Shown one piece after another: positions 26,018-35,190 of a stretch of 64,000 bases of DNA (within the stretch, counting starts at the first letter, position 1; each line of letters starts with the position of its first letter). The notes beneath the pieces were generated by a model that was not told the DNA's origin, searched no databases, and saw only the letters and a program-made list of their open reading frames with translations. Source of the stretch: Candidatus Multivorans sp. (lineage in GTDB: Bacteria > Acidobacteriota > Thermoanaerobaculia > Multivoradales > Multivoraceae); NCBI GenBank assembly GCA_965247095.1, contig OZ251997.1:1024001-1088000 (forward strand), read 5' to 3'. A program made the position numbers and the translations under genes.

Positions 26018-26305
26018 ATGGCGGCAACGGCGGTTCGGCGGCTGGCGTACGCGGCGCTGCCGGTGCTGTACGTTCTCCACAACGACCTCTGGTTCTGGAA
26101 TGACGGCAGCCGGTTCCTCGGCCTGCCGATCGGACTGACCTACCACCTCCTCTTCTCGGCCGCGGTGGTTCTGACCATGTGGTGGCTGGTTCGAAGCGCC
26201 TGGCCCGCCGCCGAACTCGATCGGCTGGCGACGGGCGCGGGCTTGGGGGAGGCTGCGGACGCCGATGAAGGGGCCGCAGCGGCGCCTCCGGAGGGTTCCG
26301 GATGA
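26018..26305 (+). CDS. Small two-TM membrane protein (DUF3311-like, SSS accessory)
   Basis: LHNDLWFWND..RFLGLPIGLTYH with two TM helices. Overlaps the start of the SSS gene. Confidence 0.7.
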   Translation: MAATAVRRLAYAALPVLYVLHNDLWFWNDGSRFLGLPIGLTYHLLFSAAVVLTMWWLVRSAWPAAELDRLATGAGLGEAADADEGAAAAPPEGSG

Positions 26306-27759
26306 CCTTGGTCATCATCCTCGGCTATCTCCTGGCCGTGCTCCTGATCGGCGCGTGGAGCAGCCGGCGTCTGGCCGCGACCGGTGAGGACTTCTTCGTT
26401 GCGGGACGGACGATCGGCCCGTTCGTGCTCCTGATGACCCTGTTCGGCACGCACATGACGTCGTTCGCCCTGCTCGGCGCCTCGGCGGAGTCGTACCGGG
26501 TGGGTATCGGCGTGTTTGCCCTGATGGCGTCGTCGTCGGCGTTGATGGTGCCCATCGTGTTCTTCTTCGTCGGCACCCGGGTCTGGGCGGTCGGCAGCCG
26601 CCTGGGGCTCTTGACCCAGGTGCAGTTCGTGCGCGCCCGCTGGGGCTCGGACGCGGTCGGTCTGCTGCTGTTCGTCGTGCTCGTCCTGCTGCTTTTGCCT
26701 TACCTGCTGATCGGCGTGATGGGCGGCGGCATCACGCTCCAGCAGATCACCGACGGCGCGGCGCCGTCGTGGCTGGGCAGTCTGCTGATTTCGGGCGTCG
26801 TGATCGGCTACGTGACGAGCGGCGGTCTGCGCGGAACCGCCTGGGTGAACACGTTCCAGACCACGATGTTCATGGTCCTGGGCGCGGTGACGGCGATTCT
26901 GATCGTGACCAGACTCGGCGGCGTGGGAGCGGCGCTCGATCGGGTAGCGGAAAGCCGCCCGGAACTCCTGGTGCGCGGGGACGCGGTTCAACCCCTGCGC
27001 CTTTTGAGCTACACCTTGATCCCGCTGTCGGTGGGGACGTTCCCGCACATCTTCTCGCACTGGCTTTCCGCGCGGACTGCTTCGACCTTCAAGGCCCCGG
27101 TCGTGCTCTACCCGGTGTGTATCGCCGTGGTGTGGATCCCGAGCGTGTTGCTGGGCGTGTTCGGGAACATCGACTTTCCGGGGCTCGAGGGACCGGCGTC
27201 CAACTCGGTTTTGGTCCAGATGATCACCCTCTACGCTCCGGATCTTCTCGTCGGGCTGCTGGGCGCCGGAGTGTTCGCGGCGATCATGTCGTCGCTCGAC
27301 TCGCAGTCGCTGTCCCTGGGCGCGATGTTCACCCAGGACATCGTCCGGCACTACCGCTGGGGCGGGGAACTCAGCGAATCCCGCCAGATCCTGCTGGGCC
27401 GGCTATTTGTGGTCGGTGTCGTGACGGCCGTCTTCCTCCTGTCCCTGGTCGCCGAGCGCAGCATCTTCGCCCTCTCGGTGTGGTCGTTCACGGGCTTCGC
27501 CTCGCTGTTGCCCGTCGTCGTCGCGGCCCTCTACTGGCGGCGCAGCACGGCCGCGGGCGCGGCCGCCGCGATCGTCACCGTGATCGTTCTCTGGACCTGG
27601 TTCTTCGCTCGCGGGTTCGGTCAACCGGACTACAGTGTGGGCGGCGCCGGCGTGATGCCGGTGGCCGTCATCTTCGCCGGCTCGATCACAGCGATGGTCC
27701 TCGGTTCCCTGTTCAGCAAACCGCCCGGGCCGGAACGGGTGGCGCGCTTCCATCCGTGA
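26302..27759 (+). CDS. Sodium:solute symporter family protein
   Basis: EDFFVAGR, GGLRGTAWVNTFQ and AAIMSSLDS motifs, about 13 TM segments. Confidence 0.92.
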   Translation: MTLVIILGYLLAVLLIGAWSSRRLAATGEDFFVAGRTIGPFVLLMTLFGTHMTSFALLGASAESYRVGIGVFALMASSSALMVPIVFFFVGTRVWAVGSRLGLLTQVQFVRARWGSDAVGLLLFVVLVLLLLPYLLIGVMGGGITLQQITDGAAPSWLGSLLISGVVIGYVTSGGLRGTAWVNTFQTTMFMVLGAVTAILIVTRLGGVGAALDRVAESRPELLVRGDAVQPLRLLSYTLIPLSVGTFPHIFSHWLSARTASTFKAPVVLYPVCIAVVWIPSVLLGVFGNIDFPGLEGPASNSVLVQMITLYAPDLLVGLLGAGVFAAIMSSLDSQSLSLGAMFTQDIVRHYRWGGELSESRQILLGRLFVVGVVTAVFLLSLVAERSIFALSVWSFTGFASLLPVVVAALYWRRSTAAGAAAAIVTVIVLWTWFFARGFGQPDYSVGGAGVMPVAVIFAGSITAMVLGSLFSKPPGPERVARFHP

Positions 27760-29099
27760 CCGGCAAAGGCCAACCGCTGCGCATCGCCTATCTGGCCGCG
27801 GGCGCCGGCGGCATGATCTGCGGGAGCTGCATCCACGACAATGCCCTGGTGCGCGCGTTCCAGCAGCAGGGCCACAACGCGCTCCTGCTGCCGATCTACA
27901 CGCCGCTGCGGACCGACGAACAGAACGTCAGCTACGGCCGGGTCTTCTACGGCGCCGTGAACATCTACCTGGAGCAGAAACTGCCGCTCTGGAGCCGGGC
28001 GCCCGCGGGTTTGCGGCGACTGCTCGACAACCCGCGTCTGCTGGCGCGATTGACGCGCTCGGCCGGGGCGACCGATGCCCGCCAGTTGGGCGAGCTGGCG
28101 CTCTCCATGGTGCGCGGAGAGGCGGGCCGCCAACTGGCGGAGCTCAAGGGTCTGGCGCAGTGGCTCGCGAACGAGTTCCAGCCCGAGGTCGTTCATCTGA
28201 CGAACTCCATGCTCCTGGGAATGGTCCACCACCTCCGCGAAGTGCTGCCCCGGGCTCTCATCGTCTGCGGCCTCCAGGGGGAGGACCTCTTCCTCGAGGA
28301 TCTCGAGGAGCCGCACCGGTCGCAGGTCCTCGCCGAAATGCGGCGCCGGGTTCGCGAGGTCGACGTGCTCGTCGCCCCGAACGACTACTACGCGGCAACC
28401 ATGACCGAGCTGCTCGACCTCCCGCCGTCCCGCATCGACGTCGCCCGTCTGGGGATCGACCTCGAGGGACACGGAAACCGCACGGCGGAACCGGAGGAGT
28501 CGCCGCTCATCATGGGCTACCTGGCGCGGATGTGCCCCGAAAAGGGATTCCATCTCGCGGCCGAGGCATTCAAGGAACTGAGCGACCGCCTGGGTCCGGG
28601 GCGGGTCCGCTTCCGTGCCGCCGGTTACCTGGGCGGCCGTGATCGGACCTACTTCGAACTCCAGCGCCGGCGGATCGCCGACTGGGGCCTGGCGCCGCAC
28701 TTCGAGTGGCTCGGCGAGGTGGACCGCCGGGAGAAGATCGATCTCCTCCACAGTCTGCACGTGCTCGTGTTGCCGACGGTCTACCGGGAGGCGAAGGGGC
28801 TGCCGGCGCTTGAGGCGATGGCCAATGGCGTACCCGCCGTTCTGCCCGATCACGGCGCCTTCCCCGAGATGCTCGAGATGACCGGGGGCGGCACGCTGGT
28901 TCCCCCCGGCGACGTGCCGGCGCTCGCCTCGGCGGTGGAGGAACTGGCCGGGGACGCCGGGCGGAGGAAGCAGCTCGGACGCTCCGGCGTCCAGGGCGTG
29001 CGGCGGCACTACACGGCCCAACGGATGGCCTCGGACACCATCGAGTCGTACCGTCGGGGACTGCGTCGACGAGCGGCGCTAGCATCGCTTCCAACATGA
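27756..29099 (+). CDS. Glycosyltransferase family 4 protein
   Basis: GTGA overlap start, GYLARMCPEKG and the EX7E motif EAKGLPALEAM. Confidence 0.88.
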   Translation: MTGKGQPLRIAYLAAGAGGMICGSCIHDNALVRAFQQQGHNALLLPIYTPLRTDEQNVSYGRVFYGAVNIYLEQKLPLWSRAPAGLRRLLDNPRLLARLTRSAGATDARQLGELALSMVRGEAGRQLAELKGLAQWLANEFQPEVVHLTNSMLLGMVHHLREVLPRALIVCGLQGEDLFLEDLEEPHRSQVLAEMRRRVREVDVLVAPNDYYAATMTELLDLPPSRIDVARLGIDLEGHGNRTAEPEESPLIMGYLARMCPEKGFHLAAEAFKELSDRLGPGRVRFRAAGYLGGRDRTYFELQRRRIADWGLAPHFEWLGEVDRREKIDLLHSLHVLVLPTVYREAKGLPALEAMANGVPAVLPDHGAFPEMLEMTGGGTLVPPGDVPALASAVEELAGDAGRRKQLGRSGVQGVRRHYTAQRMASDTIESYRRGLRRRAALASLPT

Positions 29100-29797
29100 C
29101 CGACGCGCTCCGCTTCGATTCCGTCACGAAGTCCTACGACACGGAGGCCGGTGTCGTGGACGTTCTGCGCGGGATCTCGTTGGTCCTCGGTGCGGGAGAG
29201 GCACTGGCCGTGACCGGGCCGTCGGGCAGCGGCAAGAGCACGCTCCTGCACCTCGCGGGGACGCTGGAGACGCCGACATCGGGGAGCATCCGGATCGGCG
29301 GAGAGGCGGCCCACGACCTGCCCGAACGGGAACTGGCGGCGTTCCGCAGCCGCCGCGTCGGCCTGGTGTTCCAGGATCACTACCTGCTGCCGCAGTACAC
29401 GATGCTGCAGAACGTGCTTCTTCCCACCGTGGCCGCCGGAGATGGCGGGGGCGGCGCAGAGGAGCGTGCCCGGCGCCTGCTCCAGATCGTCGGCCTCGGT
29501 TCGCGGATCGACCACCGGCCGGCACAGTTGTCCGGCGGAGAGCGGCAGCGGGCAGCCATCGTGCGCGCGCTGATCAACCGGCCCGGCCTTCTCCTGTGCG
29601 ACGAGCCGACCGGCAATCTGGACGCCGAGACCGCCGGGGCGGTGGCCGACCTGCTGCTCGAACTCCACGCCGAGGGCGACAGCGCCCTCATCGTCGTCAC
29701 CCACAGCCGGGAACTGGCGGCGCGTCTGCCGCGCCGAGTCGAGCTGCGGGGCGGACTGCTCGGGGAAGTGCCGCCGGCGCCGGCGGCGGGAGGCTGA
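29096..29797 (+). CDS. ABC transporter ATP-binding protein (LolD/MacB-like)
   Basis: GPSGSGKST, LSGGERQR, CDEPTGNLD and VVTH. Confidence 0.93.
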   Translation: MTDALRFDSVTKSYDTEAGVVDVLRGISLVLGAGEALAVTGPSGSGKSTLLHLAGTLETPTSGSIRIGGEAAHDLPERELAAFRSRRVGLVFQDHYLLPQYTMLQNVLLPTVAAGDGGGGAEERARRLLQIVGLGSRIDHRPAQLSGGERQRAAIVRALINRPGLLLCDEPTGNLDAETAGAVADLLLELHAEGDSALIVVTHSRELAARLPRRVELRGGLLGEVPPAPAAGG

Positions 29798-29800
29798 GCC

Positions 29801-32800
29801 GTGGGTGCGGCGAGATCCCGCGGACCCCTGCCCAGCCTGCGGCACTACTGGCGCTCGAACGTCGCCGTGATGCTGACCGCGGCGGTGGCGGCGTCCGTTC
29901 TCACCGGCGCGCTGATCGTAGGCGACTCGGTCCGCGGCAGCCTGCGCGACCTGACCCTGGACCGTCTTGGCGGCATCGATCATGCGCTGCTCGGCGCGGG
30001 CTTTTTCCGCGAGGGGTTGCGGGATGAGCTGATGAATGACGCCGAGTTTGCCGCGCGCTACGGCCCGGTGTCGGCGGCGATCGTGATGCAGGGCAGCGTG
30101 GTGCAGCCGGAGAGCGGCCGGCGGGCGGCCCGGGTCAATGTCCAGGGCATCGACGACGGCTTCGCCGCCTTCTTCCCGGGCATGGAGGAAGCCCTCGACC
30201 TGTCCCGGCGGGACGGTCAACTGTTCGCGTCGCTGGCGATCAACCGGTCGCTTGCCTCAGCGCTCGCCGTTGAGCCGGGCGACTCCGTCGTGCTCTACCT
30301 GGAGCGGCCGAGCGAAGCACCGCGGGCAAGCCTGATGGGCGAGAGAGACCCCGCCGACCAGTTGGAGAGCGTCCGGCTGAGCGTGGTCTCGGTGCTGGAG
30401 GACGAAGGTCCGGGCCGCTTCCAGCTCGCCCCGCACCAGAGCCAGCCTCTCGTCGGCTATCTCAGCCTGCGCGACCTGCAGCGGGAGCTTGATCGCCGGA
30501 ACCTGGTGAACTCGCTGCTGGTCGGTGAGCGGGCGGATGGCGATACCGGGGCGCCCTCCGATCCCGACGCCGCGGCAGCCGAGGTCGAACGCCTCATCCG
30601 TCGCCACGCCGAGGTGGCCGACTTCGGACTCAGGCTCGCGGCGACGGACGAGCATCTCCTGGTCACCACATCCCAGATCATTCTCGGCGCCGAGTTGGCA
30701 GGGGAGGTCGACGCCGCGGCGTCGGAGCGCGGCGCGGAGACGATGGAGATCTCGACCTACCTGGCCAACCGATCGGCCGCCGAGAATGGCGCCGCCGCTC
30801 CCTATTCGACGATCGCGGCGCTGAATGTGGCGCGGGCGGGTGAACTGGGGACCCTGCGACTGACGGACGGCCGGCCGGCACCGGCTCTGGGGCCGGGTGA
30901 GGTCCTGGTCAACTCGTTCCTGGCCGAGGATCTGGCGGTCGCGGCCGGCGACCGCCTGGCGATCGACTACTTCCAGCTCGGCGACCGGGAGCAGTTGCTC
31001 GAGCAGACCGCCTGGACCACAGTGGCGGGGGTGGTCGAGATGACGGGTTGGGGGGCCGACCGGACGTTGACGCCGGATTTCCCGGGGGTCGCCGACGCGG
31101 ACAACATGAGCGACTGGGATCCGACCTTCCCGGTCGACCTGAGTCGAATCCGGGACCTGGACGAGGCCTACTGGGACGAGTACCGCGCCACTCCCAAGCT
31201 GTTTGTCAGCCTCGACTACGGCGCTGAACTCTGGTCGAGCCGTTTCGGTCTTCTGACCTCGCTGCGGCTGCTGCCGCCGGCCGGCACAACACCCGAGCAG
31301 CTCCAGGCAACGCTCGAGGAGGTGTTGCCGGACAGGATCGCCCTCCACGCGGCTGGCCTCGCGGTCGAGCCGGTCAAAGCCACGGGCTTGCGCGGCGCTT
31401 CGGGCGCCACGGACTTCGGCGGCCTCTTCGTGGGCTTCAGCCTGTTTCTCATCGTGTCGGCGGCGCTCCTGGTGGGGCTCTTCTTTCGGCTGGGGACGGA
31501 GAGCCGCGCGAGCGAAATGGGCCTGCTGCTGGCACTCGGCTACGGCATAAAACGCGTCCGGCGCCGGTTCCTGGCCGAGGGAGCGCTGCTGGGCGGTGTG
31601 GGTGTGCTGCTCGGCCTCGGAGGCGCGGTGCTCTACGCCGGTGCGATGATGGCCGCGCTCAGGACCCTGTGGCGATCCGCGGTCGGCTCGAGCCACCTGT
31701 ATCTGCACGTCGAGCCCCTGACCCTGGCCATGGGCGGCGCGGCGTCCGTTCTGGTCGTGCTGTTCGCGATCCGGGGCGCGGTGGGCCGGCTTGCCGCCGT
31801 TTCACCGATCCGGCTGCTGCGCGGCGAGACCTCCGACCAGCCGTCAGCCGCCGGGATGCCGGGCCGGCGCGCGCGCTGGACCGCGAGCGTGGGCGGCGGG
31901 CTGGCTGCGGTTCTGCTCGGTGGCTCCGCGGTGGCGCCGGCGTCCACTGCGGCCTACCTGTTCTTCGGCGGCGGGGCCTGTCTCCTGATCGCCGGGCTGG
32001 CGGGGTTCACTCTGTGGCTGCGGCGGCGCCCGGCAGCGCCGCTCGAGAGCTGGTCGCTGCGCGCCGGTTCGCGGATGGCGGCGGCGAACGCTTCTCTCAA
32101 CCCGGGCCGGAGCCTGCTCTGCGCGGCGCTGGTGGCCAGCGCGTCGTTCGTGATCGTGGCGGTGGGCGCCTACGGCCTGCGCTTCGGCGAGGAAACGCGG
32201 GACCTGGACTCGGGGGCCGGCGGCTTCGACCTGGTCGCGGAGGCGGATGTCTCGATTCTCGCCGACCTGAGCAGCGTGGACGGTCGTTTCGATTTGGGTT
32301 TCGGGGAAGAGGCCTCCGAGCTCATCGGACAAAGCCAGATCGTCGCCTTCCGCACCGTGCCCGGGGACGACATCAGTTGCCTGAACCTGTTCCAGCCGGA
32401 GCGTCCACGGCTGCTCGGAGCGCCGCCGGAACTGATCGAGCGCGGCGGCTTCCGCTTCCAGTCGCTCGTAGATGAGGCCGGGGAGGATCCCTGGAGGCTG
32501 CTGGAGCAGGATCTCGGTCCGGGAGTCATCCCCGCGATCGGCGACTTCAACTCGGTCATGTGGATTCTGCACTCGGGCCTGGGCCAGGGGATCGAAATCG
32601 AGACGGAGCGCGGCGAGACGGTCGAACTGCGGCTGGTCGGGCTCCTGCGAAAGAGCGTGTTCCAGAGCGAACTCGTGATCTCGGGAGCGAACCTAGCGAA
32701 GCACTTCCCGAGCCGGACCGGCGCCTCCTACTTCCTGTTGCGGACACCGCCCGGCGAGCAGGACCGCACGATGCAGGAGCTCGAGCGAACGCTGGGCGGC

Positions 32801-33241
32801 TTCGGCTTCGATGCGGTCCCCACGGCCCAACGGTTGCAGGCCTTCCAGGCGGTGGAGAACACCTATCTCGGCACGTTCCAGACCCTGGGCGGACTCGGCC
32901 TCCTGCTCGGCACGCTGGGACTGGCGGTCGTCCTGCTCCGGAACCTGCTGGAGCGCCGGGGAGAACTTGCCACCCTGCAGGCGATCGGCTTCTGGCGGCG
33001 GGCCCTCGCCTGGCTCGTTGTGGCCGAGAACGGGCTCGTCCTGACCGCGGGCGTAGCCGTCGGCGCCGCGTCGGCGCTGGTCGCGGTGAGCCCGCACCTG
33101 CTCGGCGGACACGCACTCGTGCCGTGGCTCTCCCTCGGCCTGACTCTGGTTCTGGTGATGGCCGCTGGAACCCTGGCCAGCCTGGCCGCGGTTCGTCGGG
33201 TGACGCGGGAGGAGCTGTTGCCTGCGCTCCGGGGGAGCTAG
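29801..33241 (+). CDS. Large FtsX/MacB-like ABC permease (duplicated permease with large periplasmic domains)
   Basis: Two R..E.g.L.ALG repeats with TM clusters and two large soluble domains. 1146 aa. Confidence 0.88.
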   Translation: MGAARSRGPLPSLRHYWRSNVAVMLTAAVAASVLTGALIVGDSVRGSLRDLTLDRLGGIDHALLGAGFFREGLRDELMNDAEFAARYGPVSAAIVMQGSVVQPESGRRAARVNVQGIDDGFAAFFPGMEEALDLSRRDGQLFASLAINRSLASALAVEPGDSVVLYLERPSEAPRASLMGERDPADQLESVRLSVVSVLEDEGPGRFQLAPHQSQPLVGYLSLRDLQRELDRRNLVNSLLVGERADGDTGAPSDPDAAAAEVERLIRRHAEVADFGLRLAATDEHLLVTTSQIILGAELAGEVDAAASERGAETMEISTYLANRSAAENGAAAPYSTIAALNVARAGELGTLRLTDGRPAPALGPGEVLVNSFLAEDLAVAAGDRLAIDYFQLGDREQLLEQTAWTTVAGVVEMTGWGADRTLTPDFPGVADADNMSDWDPTFPVDLSRIRDLDEAYWDEYRATPKLFVSLDYGAELWSSRFGLLTSLRLLPPAGTTPEQLQATLEEVLPDRIALHAAGLAVEPVKATGLRGASGATDFGGLFVGFSLFLIVSAALLVGLFFRLGTESRASEMGLLLALGYGIKRVRRRFLAEGALLGGVGVLLGLGGAVLYAGAMMAALRTLWRSAVGSSHLYLHVEPLTLAMGGAASVLVVLFAIRGAVGRLAAVSPIRLLRGETSDQPSAAGMPGRRARWTASVGGGLAAVLLGGSAVAPASTAAYLFFGGGACLLIAGLAGFTLWLRRRPAAPLESWSLRAGSRMAAANASLNPGRSLLCAALVASASFVIVAVGAYGLRFGEETRDLDSGAGGFDLVAEADVSILADLSSVDGRFDLGFGEEASELIGQSQIVAFRTVPGDDISCLNLFQPERPRLLGAPPELIERGGFRFQSLVDEAGEDPWRLLEQDLGPGVIPAIGDFNSVMWILHSGLGQGIEIETERGETVELRLVGLLRKSVFQSELVISGANLAKHFPSRTGASYFLLRTPPGEQDRTMQELERTLGGFGFDAVPTAQRLQAFQAVENTYLGTFQTLGGLGLLLGTLGLAVVLLRNLLERRGELATLQAIGFWRRALAWLVVAENGLVLTAGVAVGAASALVAVSPHLLGGHALVPWLSLGLTLVLVMAAGTLASLAAVRRVTREELLPALRGS

Positions 33242-33323
33242 CGCGGCAGTATCGTCGCCGCTTCGCGGCGCGTTTCTTCTCGGAAGCCGGCGGGGACGCC
33301 GGCGCACCCAGTTTCTGCCGCGC
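33241..33323. repeat. Inverted-repeat-bounded hairpin containing a REP-like unit, immediately left of IS110
   Basis: GCGCGGCAG (33241-33249) and CTGCCGCGC (33315-33323) enclose GCCGGCGGGGACGCCGGCGCACCCAG. Confidence 0.55.
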
Positions 33324-33380
33324 AGGCTTGCATGGAACAAAGTAGCGAAACGGCGGTGGTTCAAGAGGATGCGGGGGTTT

Positions 33381-34700
33381 TCATGCGGCTTGTTCAACGG
33401 CCACGAGCTTCAGGTTGAGGCGTCTGGCCTGTCGCTGGAGGTTCTTGAGTTGGCGTTCGCGCCGGACGGCCTCCATTTCGGCGAGGTCGCGTTCGACGTA
33501 CTCTTCGCCGTGAGTGAGCATGGCGAAGATCGTGCGGCCGAGCTGGTGGGCGGTTGCCTTGACCGCCCTCGCGGTGTCCATGCGGTGCATTCGGCGTCGG
33601 TGGGATGCGCCGATGGCGGTCTTGCTGTTGCGGGCGGTGGTTGCGGCCATTCGCAGCGCCTGGCCGACCCGGTTGGTGTGTTGTCTGGGCTTGCCTTTGA
33701 GGCGTTTGTCGCCGCTGATGTTGGTCGGCGGAGCCAGACACAGCCACGAGCAGAAGTTGCCCTGCGAGGGAAACCGGGACAGGTCCGGGCCGATCTCAGC
33801 GGCAAACGTCAGCGCCGTTTCGACGCCAATGGTCGGGATGGCGACCAGGTCCACTCCGAGCATGCGGTGCAGCCGCTGGCGCAGGGCGTGCTCGCGGACC
33901 TTCGAGTCCGGCGGCGAAGCCTCCCCTGCGCCGTCCTCAGCCAGCTTGTCGAGTTCGGCGTCGATGCGCTCCTCGCACATCTCGATCTGGCCCTGCAGCA
34001 TGTCGTGGCGCGCCAGCGCCTGCCTGAGGGCGAACAGATGCTCGTCGCGCCAATTGCCCTCGAGACTCGCTGCGATCGTCGCCGCGCTCGCCTTGCACCG
34101 GCCGTCACGGTGGCGGGCCAGCACCTCGCCGTCCCGCTCGCCGGCGACGATCGCGCGCACGATGAGCTGGCCGGTCTTGCCCATGATGTCGCTGAGCACG
34201 TTGTCCAACTGCACGTTCATCTGCAGGAGCGCCTTCTGAACGTGCTGCACCGAACGGCTGCGGTCGCGGATCAACTGCCCGCGCTGACGCGTATAGGAAC
34301 GCAGCGGGCACAGCGCGTCCGGCGCACGAAACGCGCTCCGCAGCAACCCGTAGCTCATCAACTGCCGGATCCACTGACAGTCCAACACGTCGCTCTTGCG
34401 ACCGCTCACCTGCTTCGTCGCCTTCGGATTCACCAGGTAGACCTCGAAACCCGCTCGGTCGAGCACCTCGAACACCGGGATCCAGTACACGCCCGTGGAC
34501 TCCAACGCCACCTGCCGCACGCCGTGCGCCTCAAGCCACGACGCCATCGCCTCAAGATCGCATGTGAACGACCCGAAGCTGCACACCGGGCGCTCGAAAC
34601 GCGACGGGGCCACCGCCACGTAGTGCTTGCGCTTGCCCACGTCGATCCCCGCACAATCCGGGTGAACGACCTCCAGACTCTCCGCCTTCCTGCTCGCCAT
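33381..34700 (-). CDS. IS110 family DEDD transposase/recombinase
   Basis: AGIDVGK, ALESTGVYW and RKSDVLD (DEDD), plus C-terminal SWLCLAP..NISG with the conserved Ser. AGGAGG RBS before the ATG at 34700. Confidence 0.95.
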   Translation of the reverse strand: MASRKAESLEVVHPDCAGIDVGKRKHYVAVAPSRFERPVCSFGSFTCDLEAMASWLEAHGVRQVALESTGVYWIPVFEVLDRAGFEVYLVNPKATKQVSGRKSDVLDCQWIRQLMSYGLLRSAFRAPDALCPLRSYTRQRGQLIRDRSRSVQHVQKALLQMNVQLDNVLSDIMGKTGQLIVRAIVAGERDGEVLARHRDGRCKASAATIAASLEGNWRDEHLFALRQALARHDMLQGQIEMCEERIDAELDKLAEDGAGEASPPDSKVREHALRQRLHRMLGVDLVAIPTIGVETALTFAAEIGPDLSRFPSQGNFCSWLCLAPPTNISGDKRLKGKPRQHTNRVGQALRMAATTARNSKTAIGASHRRRMHRMDTARAVKATAHQLGRTIFAMLTHGEEYVERDLAEMEAVRRERQLKNLQRQARRLNLKLVAVEQAA

Positions 34701-34727
34701 CTCCAGCACCTCCTGTACCATTCAAAT

Positions 34728-34890
34728 GGTCGCGCTGGACAGAGACCGCGGCGGAAACGTCACTCTTGCATACGGGGTCGCGGCAAAAGCCGCGCCGCCA
34801 GCGTCAGAACGCCGATCACGGTCCGGGCCAAACTTGCATTGCGGGTGCGAACACACCAGTGCTTCGACGGCCTCGCTGCCCAGCGCGACC
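34728..34890 (-). ncRNA. Putative IS110 bridge RNA
   Basis: An 11-bp perfect closing stem (34728-34738 / 34880-34890) encloses two internal stem-loops. Each contains CTTGCAT (34765-34771 and 34833-34839), the same heptamer found at both IS junctions. Confidence 0.65.
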
Positions 34891-34971
34891 CAACTCTACG
34901 CCTCCTGCAACGACCGCAGAATCCACCACCCGTTCCCTGCGCGACAGCGCAGCGATACCGCTGTGGGTACT

Positions 34972-35066
34972 TGCATGGAACAAGCCCCTGGGAACGCGGG
35001 CATCCTGCCCGCATCCGGACGCCGCGTCGTTCCCTGCGCGCCAGCGCAGCGACCTCGCTGTCCCTA
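34972..35066. mobile_element. Putative non-autonomous IS110-derived mini-element A (95 bp) carrying a REP hairpin
   Basis: Flanked by CT (34970-71, 35067-68). It starts with the IS right-end motif TGCATGGAACAA and ends with a copy of the IS left-end motif GTTCCCTGCGCG.CAGCGCAGCGA...CGCTGT...TA. Confidence 0.55.
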
Positions 35067-35068
35067 CT

Positions 35069-35125
35069 TGCATGGAACAAGCCCTGGTCCCTGTGCGTCA
35101 GCGCGGCACGGACGCCGCGACTCGA
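35069..35125. mobile_element. Putative non-autonomous mini-element B (57 bp)
   Basis: 53/57 identical to the reverse complement of 44484-44540. Both copies start CT|TGCATGGAACAAGCC and are followed, after a 2-nt core, by CCTAG. Confidence 0.6.
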
Positions 35126-35190
35126 CACCTAGCCCGCATATTTTCCGGACGGTCTGGTCGGGGTCGGCCTGAGGGGTGAAGCGCAGCGCT

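Larger units (their letters stand above)
33327..34971 (-). mobile_element. IS110-family element (no TIRs; CT core at both junctions)
   Basis: Both junctions read CTTGCATGGAACAA (33327-33340 and 34970-34983). It contains a DEDD recombinase and a long structured upstream non-coding end. Confidence 0.8.

Noticed and set aside
26769-27755. Apparent 776-aa fusion upstream of the glycosyltransferase
   Set aside because: The extension lies out of frame inside the SSS gene. The real start is the GTGA overlap at 27756.
33327-35084. CTTGCATGGAACAA repeats as a CRISPR array or a 14-bp target-site duplication
   Set aside because: Spacing is irregular (1643 and 97 bp) and IS110 elements do not make long TSDs. 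Shared donor/target cores explain the repeats better.
33369-35132. 587-aa plus-strand ORF across IS110
   Set aside because: It is an antisense shadow of the transposase running through non-coding repeats, with no recognisable motifs.
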